64,000 bases of DNA from Amphiscolops sp. MND2022 (taxonomy: Eukaryota), in NCBI GenBank assembly GCA_964187785.1, contig OZ076412.1:65906001-65970000 (forward strand). The letters are read 5' to 3'. The notes under the pieces were generated by a model. It made no database searches, was not told where the DNA came from, and worked only from the letters and a program-made list of their open reading frames with translations. The stretch's first letter is position 1. Each line of letters opens with the position of its first letter. This document shows positions 48,601-60,439 of this stretch, in pieces. The translations under genes were made by a program, and so were the position numbers.

Positions 48601-51036
48601 ATATAGCGCCGAATTTGGCCGTTCTCGGCTTGTTCCAGACAGGATCTTATTTCTTCGATAACCGAAGCAATCGCATCCACTGTCTTGTGTTTCTGACGAA
48701 ATCCAAATTGTTTGGCATTTATCAAATTGTATTTCCGTATGTAATTCATCATCTTTTCATACAAAAGGCGTTCAAAGACTTTAGCAATTGGTGGCAGAAG
48801 AGAAATTGTTTTCAAATTCATTACTTGCTCCTTCTTTATAAATAGGTATCACTTTGGCGACTTTGATGCTCATAAACCCCAAAGGGTTCCCCCTTTTACA
48901 TTTTTCGGCACTGTGCTTTTTCTGAAAGAAAAATGCAAAGTTTTTCTTCAAAATGTTTTTTTGTTCCCAGTTGAGGAAAAAGTGGGATACGTCCTGGGCA
49001 TATCATAAAAACGTTGCGCTTTTTGAGCCTTGGATATAGCGCCGACTTCAGACGTTCTAGTCTTATTTTTCAAAACGCGGTTCATCTCACTGAACAAGTA
49101 TACTTGTTCGCGTGAAGGAATTTCAACCTTCAGAAAGGAATAGTTATTTTCAAAACAAGCGAAATGATATCTCACCTGCACATCATTGAACAATCTTGAA
49201 AGAGCGTCGAATCCTCCGGGTATGTTTTCCAAATTGGAGATTGCTCTGTCCTGGTGTCTCATCATTTCTTCTCTCATGGCAGGGTTCCTAGCTATCTCCA
49301 TTGTTTGGCGCATCAAGTTAGGATTGCTCAGCAAGTGATTGATTTCGGGGTTTTGCTGAAAAACTCAGAATCAAGAGAAGTATTATAAATGGTTTCCAGC
49401 CAGGGTATTTGTGGAAAGCACAAACCTGCATTATTTGCTGCATCTGTGGGTTACTCATCATCAAATTTCGCATAAGTTCAGGATTGCTCATCATACTCTG
49501 GACTAACGGGTCATCCATGAGCTGTTGAAGCAACTGTGGATTATCTACAAACGTTCATGACTTAATTTAATGCAAAAGGCATAATTTTAGGCTTGAAAAT
49601 AGATTCAACTGTTTTCATTTCTCACTTCCGACAACCTAAAAAATCCGACAAAGCGAAAAGTTCTATTTTTCTGGCATTCATTCAGCCATAGAACTTTAGA
49701 TTAATAATAGAGCTTTCACCGAGCGAGACTTTATTTGAAGTCAACAAAAGAACATACTACTACTGAAGCACCAAGATTCCTAAAAACTATCTAACCTCGG
49801 AGTTGTTGTTGCATCTGACTTTGCATCTGCGAAAAATTGGCAGCACCCCCGAATCCTCCGCCAGCAGCTAGACCCCCAAATAAACTGAAGGGATCTCCAG
49901 TATTTGTGGTATTTGAATTTGTATTACTGGAAGGAGGGTCTCCGGCAGAATTACCACCACTGTTAACTCCATTAGTAGTTGATGTGTTTTCTCCTTGAGA
50001 AGGCGTACTTTGTGATCCCTTGAAAAACATTCATTTCGCAAAAATGGGTTTTTCTGACTCCATAGGAAATACTCGCGGTTCTCAAGTGAATGATGAAGAT
50101 ACAACATCTTAAGACACTTTCAAGTCTATTCTCATTGACCATTCGAAAGTCAATTATGAAAATGCTATTACAAAAAGCCTAATTCAAACAGTTACATTGA
50201 CGGGAACATCATGTTAAAAATGTACAATAAGTTCTCACCGAGTTGCGAATCACCATATGCACAGCGCTTCCATCTTTGATGCCTGGAAAATGTACGATGA
50301 CAAGATTTTAAACGGGTACTCCCCAAACACCTGACTCCTCAGAAACGACTGAGGTATAGCAGCCTCTGATTACTAGAGCCGACTTTGCGATAATGCACAA
50401 GCATATGGAGCGGTGCTAACATTCTGAAAACCCATTCCTAGTTAGTTCATTTTAGATAATTCCAATAGCTCATGACTTCAAAAACGTTTAACCTAAGCCA
50501 ACAAACACTAACGTCAGCACCAGATAAGTATCACCGAACACATCCTAATGATGCAGGTACAAAGCGAAACATAGGATACACCGGTTTCAAATGTGATCAG
50601 CAATGCAGTACTGATCTTCTATCGGATTTTGGAACCATGAGACCACAAATTCTACGGAGCAATCACTTCCTCCTCCCTTCATTCATAACGATTCCCAGAC
50701 CCACTCAGTTCGGTTAAAGACATTTTACAGGAACAGCTCACCTAAATCTGTCAGCTTTTCATGATCTTTCAATATTTTTCCAGCGAATATCAGAAGAATT
50801 GTTTTCCCCACGGCATCATGTTTCTTGGCGACAACTTCTTTCAGCTGGAATAAATAGATATTTGACACTGAGAACGATAAGATTCTGCCATGGATGGCAA
50901 TATAATCTCAGCGTTGACTTACATTAGCGATCGTCTCTGTCGAAGAAACTTCAACGGAAAGGCGATCCTTCGTTTCATCTGTCAACTTGTCACTTGGTGT
51001 TTTGATGAAAATTTTTATCAAAGACTCTTCCGTCAT
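39695..51036 (-). CDS. UBQLN: Ubiquilin (UBL-STI1-UBA), 590 aa; exons 50923-51036, 50742-50844, 50239-50282, 49796-50018, 49426-49544, 49176-49355, 45329-45570, 44932-45178, 44588-44703, 42023-42269, 41818-41896, 39695-39753
   Basis: [13 protein letters not shown]; STI1 repeats ([27 protein letters not shown]); [13 protein letters not shown]...[16 protein letters not shown]. All 11 introns GT-AG, total 1773 nt in frame. Confidence 0.93.
39774..40049. mobile_element. Tc1/mariner-type MITE, 276 bp
   Basis: Imperfect ~35-bp TIRs CAATAGTGTAAGAAATG...CATTTCTTACACCATTG flanked by TA on both sides. Confidence 0.75.
40661..40731 (+). other. tRNA-like Pol III box pair (pseudo-tRNA or SINE head)
   Basis: A-box TGGCACAGTGG and B-box GGTTCGAATC at tRNA spacing; cloverleaf stems degenerate. 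Confidence 0.45.
41751..41787. repeat. Perfect 37-bp palindrome in ubiquilin intron 11
   Basis: GGTTCAGTCAAAATGTTC-T-GAACATTTTGACTGAACC; the 18-bp arms are exact reverse complements. Confidence 0.95.
42340..42850 (+). mobile_element. LINE 3' fragment, same family as 46850-48870 but opposite orientation
   Basis: Similar by eye to the minus-strand segment at ~47350-46850 (e.g. GAAAACGAACTACCCACA vs GAGAATGAATTACCAACT). Confidence 0.6.
45674..46110. mobile_element. Helentron/HINE-like element copy (inverted relative to the 35235 copy)
   Basis: TTTAGTCGGCGCG...GCGCCGACTTTAGACGTTCTCGTCTTGTT ends; internal GGGTCCCC modules. Confidence 0.5.
46850..48870 (-). mobile_element. CR1/L2-like LINE RT relic in ubiquilin intron 6, split by an insertion
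   Basis: [45 protein letters not shown]. The RT reads continuously once ~47984-48634 is removed. Confidence 0.88.
47984..48634. mobile_element. Helentron/HINE-like element inserted in the LINE RT
   Basis: Same termini as the other copies; tandem AAAGGGTCCCCCCTT modules; interrupts [14 protein letters not shown]. Confidence 0.6.
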
Positions 51037-51379
51037 TCAGGAGTCTGAAAACAATTACTATCAAGACAGTAAACAAAATTCTATTCGAGGAAACACATGC
51101 CATGAAAATGATTAATTAAACCTTGCAATAGGATGAAGAATTCAATTGGCTTTTACAATATGTCAGTAAAAATACACTTGTTCACAATTTAAATGCAATG
51201 CACATTGACTTCGTCATTTGCAAAAACCCATGAAAAGATTTAATACAACTACTAGAAGACTTGGTTTTGGCTAGAAACAACCAATATTGATTTTTCCAAA
51301 GTTATAAATGCTAACAACAACATTTAAAAACTTGCACATGTATCTCTACAAAACATTAAATTTTACATATCATAGTTTT

Positions 51380-51550
51380 GCCAATAGCGAGCAGCTGAAA
51401 AACAGCCTTTTCAAGAGAGTAGTACCTTTGTGGAACGCGTTGCCTGAAAAACTGAAATTGGGAAATCAGACGTATGAAAATGTAAAGAAGAGGTTGAAAA
51501 CGTTTTTTAATGAGAAATTTGTTAATGACATCGATAATTGTTAATGACCT
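51380..51550 (+). mobile_element. Short CR1-like LINE 3' fragment
   Basis: SLFKRVVPLWNALP...KKRLK resembles the CR1 ORF2 C-terminus. Confidence 0.45.
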
Positions 51551-52099
51551 CAGTATAGTCAGAAATGTTGGAGTGAATATCGTTTCAAGTAGTCAAATTT
51601 TGATGCTCAATATTTGTTTTTATACAATTTTTGTAATGTCCATTTTTTAGTAAAACGGTTTTACACTGCCCTCCATATATTTGTTTACATTTTAGATATT
51701 TTATATGAAGGAATACAGTGTTTTTTAGTACGTATTTTTGAAATCTTGCCAGAATACTTTTCGGATTTTGGTCGAAAGTTTCCTTCTCTGTGAAGTAGAT
51801 TCCGTAGTGAGGCACAAGATTTTTGATCACTCAAGGAAAGGGGTATCACACGTTTTCAAACAGTTTGTCTTCAATTAAATTTGATTTCACTACTACTTCT
51901 AACTTCTGGAATAAATAATTATAAAAGATTAAGTTGTTGCGTTTGTAGATGATATCAGCAAGGGTGTTAAATATTGTATTGCAATATAATATTTGTTCTA
52001 AAATAAATAATTGCTATTGCTCAGAAAAAAACAATAATTTATCAAAACATACAACTATTGTAGTTGCTGAACATATATTTCAAAACAATTTCCGCGACC

Positions 52100-52640
52100 G
52101 TTTTCACGTCCCAAAATTTTTTTCCTTGAGGTATATCTGCCCCCTCGAAATTCATTGGTAAGAGTTTTTTCCGTTAGTCATTGAAATCATGCCTAACTGT
52201 GCTAAACAGCCTTTCTGCAATAATTGATGTGGGACATATCCAGTTCGAATTGACATCTGCTTCCTCTTTGTTTTTTCTTCTCTGCAAATGACCCTCTCTG
52301 CAAATGACCACGCATCATTAGCTCTTGCAGGTATTTCACAAAGGTTTGACGGCAGATTTTATCCAGTTTCGAATATTTTCTTGTGAGTTCATCGTCAACG
52401 GAAGAAAACGGCAACCCTGATAAAATGTACCACTCCATCCACGAAAAATGTTTTTCGATTTCTAGTCAGTAAAATAGCTTCCAATTCCCGGGGTTTTCAT
52501 ATCTTTCAAATAATTCTTATGAGCTGCATTTATGTGCGTGGGAAAATTTTGGTAACTAGAGTTTTTCTTGATCTTCCGCACATTTCCGCATTTGCATTTG
52601 TAAAAATTGTCTCCGGTCGATTTAAATTAGAAATCAACAA
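52100..52640 (-). pseudogene. Internally deleted hAT transposase relic
   Basis: BED-like YKCKCG...THINAAH; WMEWYILSGLPFSSVDDELTRKY; hAT C-terminal PTSIIAERLFS...LLPMNFE; stops and frameshifts, catalytic core missing. Confidence 0.7.
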
Positions 52641-53036
52641 TTTGTTTATTAGTAAAAAGGAGCCATTAGTATTAGTTATTAGTTTTTAACAGCCTAATTG
52701 TTGTGATAAACTTATTAATTAGATGAGATATGGTGGTGTGCCGATAAGAAGCCCTAGTGGATTTCAGAAATCGGCCGAAGATGACGGGGGAATCACAATG
52801 CAGAATGTACAACAAATCACGAAGCATCGCAAAGCATTTGCAAGAAATGTGATGTGGAGGTCCTAAATGGTCAATTAGCAATAATGTGACATGTGCTCTA
52901 TATGGTTTCATGAAGAATGTTCGGGTTTGTCCAAGAAGGGCAGAAATAGGTCGAAGGAACGGGATCGAAAATCAGAGTTAGTCCTCAGGTCGACATACCA
53001 AATTTTTGAATGAGATCGAAACAACTCGGATCGAAA

Positions 53037-53182
53037 TTTTTATAACGTAGTCAGATATGTTCACATACCCCTAGGGCCCTGAATGCAGGAGCGAAGCGAA
53101 GCGGAGCGACGTGCCATATGGCCATGCCTCAATGTTGCTACTTGGCGAAGGGAGCGAAGCGACCGGGCCATACAACAAATAC
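53037..53182. repeat. GCGAAGCG-motif dispersed repeat (copies also at 53626-53770, ~58555-58920, ~59225-59580)
   Basis: ATGTTCACATACCC...GGAGCGAAGCGAAGCGG...GCGAAGGGAGCGAAGCGACCG present four times. Confidence 0.85.
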
Positions 53183-53389
53183 GATGAAATTCGACCGCAT
53201 TCCATTCGATCCCTGCAATTCGATCAAAAGGTTCGACCTCTGTCCTTTCGACCAGAAAAATTCGACCTATTTACAGCCACCCTCCAAGAAGCAATTAAAT
53301 GGATGCCACGAAACAGGTCGGAAAAATTCTGATTGAAAAAAATTGAAAAATCCTGCGAAGCGTTTAAAATATTTTAGGTACTTTTGTCC

Positions 53390-56300
53390 ACCCAATATGG
53401 GGTCATATACGGTGTATGCACGCTCGCCCTCACCGTCGCAAAGACCAGCTCCCACTACGATCGCTTCGCGATCTCCGTTCCCGCTAGGTCTTTGCTCGTG
53501 TTCGACCTCGCTTAGCAAAATGGGAGGGGCAGGGACGTTTCGTCACGAGCCATTTGGGCGACAAAATTTCAGCCCATTTCGGCGACAATAATGTCGCCCA
53601 AATGTCCTGTAGACTAAATGGCCATATATGTTCACATACCCTTAGGGCCCTAAATGCAGGAGCGAAGCGAAGCGGAGCGACGTGCCTTTTGGCCATGCCT
53701 CAATGTTGCTACTTGGCTAAGGGAGCGAAGCGACCGAGCCATATAACAAATATGCTAACCTCTTCAAATATATCAGTTATTTGATCAATTTGATCATCCC
53801 ATTTGGTCGACACTTTTGTCGCCCATGTGACCGAGACCATATTGTCGCCCAAATGGCTGGTAACGAAATGTCCCTGGCCCAGATGAGAACATGAGCGGCC
53901 CCAAAGGGCCGCGGGGCACTCGAGGAAATGGCGGCATAACCGACGGCCAAAAACATTATTTGAAAACGCTAGGTGTTTAAAAACATTGATTCGATCTCAT
54001 TTTCGTTGACGAATTTACTTCGAAGATTCCTTCGACCGCAGTTTTGTCGATCGTTTTCGACCTGTTTCAGGTCACCTCAATTAAATGCCATCAGAGAGAT
54101 CGACGCCTGCAAGTGGTTCTGTGGTTGGTGTCTGGACAATGTGAATGATCGTCTCAAGTGTGTGTATAACAATTTAGAAATGAAGAAGGATATCGGAGAT
54201 ATAAAAAAATTAGTAACCTCGTATAATACCAATAAACCCCATTATAAATCCAAAGTTTCGGAAAAACCTCTCACTAATGTAAATGAAACTTGCACTGATA
54301 ATCGTAAATATCCCGATGAACAAATATTATACATTTTTGGCACAATATATGATGATATTCTTTCTTCTAGTATATTACAAAAACGGAGGCTGTATACTTG
54401 TTTCCCCGGTATTATCAAACTGGATTTCACTTTTACCAACAAGCTTGAGAAGATTGTACTATTGTTTTACAAAAAAAAGGCTTTTGCACTAGAGTGAAAA
54501 ACAAGTGGTGTTCGGATCTTCTCGGGACAAATACTAGAGTTTTTTCGTAGAATGAAAGCAGATTACATAGGGGTATAATCTGAGATGTGCCGGTTGGAAA
54601 TTCCAATGATGACATCAGGAATATTTTAGCTGGCGAAAAAGAAGAAAAAGTTCAAGTGATCCGATATATCAAAGGCGGAAAGGCCAAACCTTTAGTGGAA
54701 CTAGTTTTCCAGAAAGAATGCACGTTTAACAAAAATCATCAAAATGGAATTACGCTAGAGTATATGTACTTCAAGATGGACCCAAAACGTACCACCAAAC
54801 GGATTATTCAATGTTTCAACTGTCAACAATGGGGTAGCCATGTATCCAAAATTTGTAAAAACTAATCGTGGTGTGCCATTTGTGGCTACGAGCACCCATC
54901 AAACCGTCATGTAGAATATGTATGCCAGGAAAAACATGAACATGCAAAAGATTGTATCCCACCAAATGAAATCTACTGTGTGAATTGCGACAAGTATCAA
55001 ACAGCATTTGATAAAAACTGCGAAATGTACGAGGAAATATGGAAACTCGTGAACAGAGTCATCTCGTGATGAAACAATTTCGCTTAGGTTTGACTATAAA
55101 TATTGCTGGTCTCTCCGCTCACTAGTGTATTGCTATGGATGAATATATAAACTACAACAACAAAAAAGTTATTTCGGTCTCTCAAAGTCATGGAAAATTT
55201 CAGGGTTTTGGTAACTACGATATCTACCGCGCCCATTCAAACAAACATGGTTGCTCCTTGCTCATACACAAACAATTAAATTCCTATGAAGTGAAAATAA
55301 CACCCAGAGAAGACGTTGATTGCTGTTTTGCAGCAATCTCTGTTGAAAAGAGAAAATTGTTGCTGGGATCAAAATACGTACATTTGGGAAACACTGAAAA
55401 CATCGAAAGCGCCACGGATGTTCTTGCTGAAGCGTATACAATATGCAAAAACGAAAATGAAACCGGACCAATTATCTTCGGAGAATGGAATTTGAGGCAT
55501 CTGCTATGGGGTGATAAATTAGAAAATAAATATGGCAAACTACTCGCCAACTACGGTGCCAACAATAGTTTTTCTATAATAAGCCCTCACCAGCTCATTT
55601 TTGTCTCAACAAGCAGGAAAGGTAGCAGCAAAATCGATTTTTGCATCACTGAACAAAATTGCTCTGATCTTATATGCAATGCACGAGTGAAGGAAGATAT
55701 CGATTTCTTCTCTGGTGTTCCAGAGCAAGGTCATTGGCATGTTCTATTTGATATAGATTTTCCTGTGAAAAATGATAATCCAAAACGGTGTGTGCTAAAC
55801 TACAAAATGGCAAATTGGGAAGAAATAAGTATACAACTGAAAAATATTATGGTGGAAAACATGCATAGCATGAAAACGGAAGCACCTACCAAAGCACTCC
55901 TAACATTTATGGGCCTAGTGAGAGGAGTTTGTGAACTTTAGATTCCACGGAAAACACTTTGTGAATATTCCGAACCATACTGGAGCTATAAACCGACTCA
56001 CTTATCAAAAAATTGAAAGAAGCACGCAAAAAATATAGACTCCAATGTAACCCGAAAAGCAAAAACAAGGTTGAAATGGCTAAAATCGAATCAAATAGGA
56101 AATGAAAAAGAATAAGACCCGTTGGACGGAAAACGGCATCATACAAATGAATGAAGGAAACTCAAAAATAATTTTCAATAATATACGCAAATTCAATGGT
56201 GAAATGGACTTTAATAAGATAGGAGTACTTCGTCACAAGGGTAAGACCCTGGAAAAAAATTCCCATAAAGCTGCGCTCTTTCAACGTATTTTCTTCGATG

Positions 56301-58090
56301 GCGCAAACCTTACTGTTAACTATTTGACGACGCTTTTTAGGAAAAAACTAAAGTAGAATTGAAAAGGAAGTTGGCTCACAACGTTGGGAATTTTACAATT
56401 AGGAGGCCAAGAATGGTCTGAAGATGCGTATTACAAAGAATGAACTTAAACAAGCCAAAAAGAAAATGAAGACAAACACCAAGGGCGTGGATCCTTATGA
56501 CCTTCACCCTAAACTATTAAAGAAATTCAAATTTGACAACATTGGCATATGTTTGCACTTGATAAACAGTGCATTTTTCTTGGGGAATTGGCCATTTGAT
56601 AAAACCATAGTCAAATTCTTGAGAAAATCTGGCAAAACTAATTATTCTAATCCAACTTCATGGAGACCTCTTTCACTTACATCCCATTTAGGAAAAGTAG
56701 TTAAACCAGTGATAGATAGAAGATTAAGATCATCAGATATCCTCGACATTGATAAACAACAATTTGGTTTTCAGCCAGGCAAGTCAACTTTGCACTACTT
56801 ATACAAATTATATCATGATATCTTAGCAGAGAAAAATTTTCCATTAGCAACAGTATATGATCTAGAGAAAGCTTTTGATTATGTAGATCAAACTTTATTG
56901 CTAAGCAAGCTAATAAACAGTGGTTTGAATGGTCCAATGTTAGCTACCATAAAAAACTTTTCATCGAATGGTAAAGTCAGTAATCAAGTTAATGACTATA
57001 TCGACATGTCATTTTTCCCTCCTGATGGTTTACCTCAGGGGGCTGTACTATTACCACTTTTGTTTATATTCTATATGAAGAGGGCTTCCTCCAAGATGCG
57101 GACTTAACATATAAGTATGCAGATGACAGTACTTCTTTTTCAAGCAAAGAAAACCTAAGCATATCTTAAGAAAAGGCGGAAAACTACACATACAAATGGA
57201 GGCAGGTGCTGAATAAAGACAAAACTGAACATAAAAATTTCTCAAAAGGAGTATTTCAGTCCGATTATAAATATGTTGAGAGAAACAAAATTCTTTGCCT
57301 ATAGTTTGAACGAGATTTGATTTTCAAGACACATGCTGTCTTTATCTCTGCCTCAATGGGTAATTTCCGGAAAGAAACTAGTATACTTATAACGCAAGGA
57401 ATGAATCCATTTTACGCTGTACGTCGCTATGATTCATATGTGAAACCACGTGTCACGTACTGTATGACTATTTCGTTCCATCAAAAAATGACATCTCTGG
57501 ACAAGATGTGGTGGAGTGTTCATAAATCTATCTTTGGGATAAGAAACTACCAAGTACTGAAACATGTAGTTAGTGTTTTAAGTAATATTTGTCTTCCTTC
57601 TCTGCTCTACACTAATCAAGTTTTAATGTTTCTACATTCAACTGCTAGAAGTGCAGATATTCTAAACCCAGATAATTTAGCAATCATACCCAAACATATT
57701 ATTATGGTGAGAATATTTTTGGTACACAAACTTTTAATTGTAAATCGTGATCCTGATGAAATTAAGGCAACATACATACAATATGCTAGACAATCCTCAG
57801 TCAGTACTTTTAAGAAGGAGGCGGATGAGCATTGCAAACGCTTATGGCAACGAGAAATAAAGCGAGTTCTTATGTACTCAAATTACTCAGGGCGCAAAGT
57901 AAGAAACAGCATCATGAAAATCCTAGCTAGGAAACTTTCTGTCCAAACGCTACGTGTGCTAATGAATGATTTTGAAGTACGCGAAGTAATATTCAGAAAG
58001 TAATAAGAGCAAAACCGATATTTGTCCCTTTTGTAGAGTTGTCGATGATACTGCACATTTCTTATTTTCCTGTGTCTCAAACCAAGAGCA
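53390..58090 (+). mobile_element. Decayed non-LTR retrotransposon (putative 5' UTR, PHD/CCHC ORF1, APE-RT ORF2); ends approximate
   Basis: KWFCGWC; CFNCQQWGSH...C and two more knuckles (54812-55025); APE GEWNLRH...IDFCIT; RT WRPLSLTS, QFGFQPGKST, DLEKAFD, GLPQG, frameshifted YADD at 57116. Confidence 0.88.
53527..53880. mobile_element. Mutator-type MITE with 9-bp TSD
   Basis: ~38-bp TIRs GGGC(C)AGGGAC.TTTCGT.AC.AGCCATTTGGGCGACAA; flanks AAATGGGAG / AGATGAGAA; empty site AGATGGGAA at ~60354. Confidence 0.75.
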
Positions 58091-60099
58091 CAGAAGGAGT
58101 TTCTTTAGGGAGCTTGAAAATCAAAAAAAACGGAACGCTGGTTAGTTAGCTAAATTGCGAAAACAAGCATGTTATAAGCGCGTTGGCTGGCTTTATTGCA
58201 AGCCTCGATTAATTCTTATAACCCTGCAATCATTACCTGCCTTCCTTCTGTGTCAATTCTCTTATACTATTTTCTTTCTTCTGGAATCAATGATAGAAAG
58301 TCATTTGTACTACCACATCCCGAAGAATAATTGATCTCTTTTTCTTCTTCTTCTTAGTTTGTGCAAAATTTAAACTAGCTCAATGAGCAAACGGCTACAC
58401 ACACAAAGTATTCTTACAAAGTAAACAGAAACACAAAACGCGAAGCTGTTGCTTCGCTGCATGCAGTGCTGTTATTGGCTCGTATGCGTTCGCTTCAATT
58501 CAATTTCCACAAGTCATCGGTTCCTGGATTACCGCTCCCACGGACGGATTGCGTCTAACAAGTAGGCCGGTCAAATAGCATACAAGTAAGATTCGTGCTG
58601 ATGAGCAGACTCGATTCCTATTGGTTGAAACTTCAGATTACAACTACTAAGTGCGTCAGACTAGCAGTCAATAAAATTATTTTTATAACGTAGTCATTTA
58701 TGTTCACATACCCCTAGTAATCTAAATGCAGGAGCGAAGCGAAGCGGTACGACTTGCCATAAAGCCATGCTTCATTGTTGCTACTTGGCGAAGGGAGCGA
58801 AGCGACCGAGTCATACAAAAAATATGCTAACCTCTTCCAATAAATCAAGTTCCATTTATATTGGCTGTATCAGCAATCAATGCATTAATTTGTGATTCTT
58901 ACTTCTGATCGGCCAAACAATTACCGCTTGAATAAATTTTCTGCTTTTTGAGTATTTTGCTTTTTAGACGGTCTGCTTCTTAGACTACTTCCCCATTAAC
59001 ATGCGTCTCAATGCTTTTCTTTTTTATTGCAATTAATTATTTTGATCTAAAAACAGATAATAGTTGCTACCTCCTTATAATAAATAATTGTATTTATTTT
59101 ATTGCCAATTATTTTCCAAACAAAATCTTTTCAACACCCTTGGATATTAGAAATCATGTATCTTCGTCATCGTCATCAATCAAGTTCCATGTGTTATGTT
59201 GGGGGAGAAGACACACCTGAAGTGCGTCGAACAAGCAGGCCGGTCAAATAGGAAAAAAGTGTTATTTGTGTTAATGAGCAGTCTCGATTCCTATTGGATG
59301 AAATTTCACATTAGAACTAAAGAATTGTGTCAGATTAACAGTCAAAAAAAATATTATCATAACGTAGTCAGCTATGTTCACATACCCTAGTGCCCTAAAT
59401 GCAGGAGCGAAGCATCGTGCCATATAGCCATGCCTCAATGTTGCTGCTTGGCGAACGGAGCGAAGCAACCGAGCCTTTCAACAAATATCAACTTATTCAA
59501 TTAAATCAAGTTCCATACATTTTGGCTGTAGCAGCACCCACTTCATTGATTGTGATTCAAAATTCATAATAGTCAAACAAAAAAAACCCATACCAGACAA
59601 TATCCCAGTAGACCAGTAGCAACAAAAAATTATTAGACGAGTGTTTGGTTTCATTTCTAGTTGGATTATGATGGAAAAGGGCAAGTGTGTTCGATATGAA
59701 ATGAATATTATTAGTAAAATTTTTACCGGCTCAGTTCCGATGAAGGAAGTACATCAATCAATGAAAAACACTGTACAAAAGAAAAGAGGACTGGCTGAGC
59801 AACGAAAATTAGTACAGTAACATGTCAGATAAAATGCGCAAGTCTTATTTGGGTCAAGGAATCAATTTGGGTTGCAAAAAGGCATTCAGCCATTCATGAA
59901 GGCAGATAGGGGGATACCAAACTGAACCACTTCCAATTTTTGCAGAACTTTCGCAGCACGTTGAGCACAGACAAAAAAGCTGTTCTGAGCGGAACTTTCT
60001 ATTTCTCTGGTGATCAAAGAGTTGAAGTTTCGATGAGCGAGTCGATTAGTTGACAAAAGAGGTTTCAATTTCACATTCGTATTTGCTCTTTAGGATTCT

Positions 60100-60190
60100 G
60101 GACGTTTCGGTGACAGACGTTTCGGTGACAGACGATTCCGCGACAATATGGCGGCGGACTTTTCGGCGACCAAGTGACGCCGAAACGTCC
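60100..60190. repeat. Small foldback element related to the Mutator-type MITE (another at ~60527-60629)
   Basis: GGACGTTTCGG...CCGAAACGTCC inverted ends with internal GACAGACGTTTCGGT repeats. Confidence 0.6.
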
Positions 60191-60239
60191 TCTAGAAAAC
60201 TAAAAACGTTCATTCTGGAAGCGAAAAAATTATGTGGGA

Positions 60240-60420
60240 CATATGTTGTGTATGCACGCTCGCCCTTACCGTCGCAAAGACCAGCTCCCACTACGATCGC
60301 GTCGCGATCTCCGTTCCCGCTAGGTTTTTGGTCCTGTTCGACCTCGCTTAGCAAGATGGGAACATAAGCGGCCCCAAAGGGCCGCGGAGCAATAGAGGAA
60401 TTGGGGACATATCTGAGGCA
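60240..60420 (+). repeat. Second, uninterrupted copy of the GC-rich segment at 53400-53930 (putative LINE 5' end)
   Basis: TGTATGCACGCTCGCCC...GCGGCCCCAAAGGGCCGCGG shared with 53410-53526 plus 53881-53915. Confidence 0.75.
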
Positions 60421-60439
60421 CGTTTAATACTTTTTAAAT

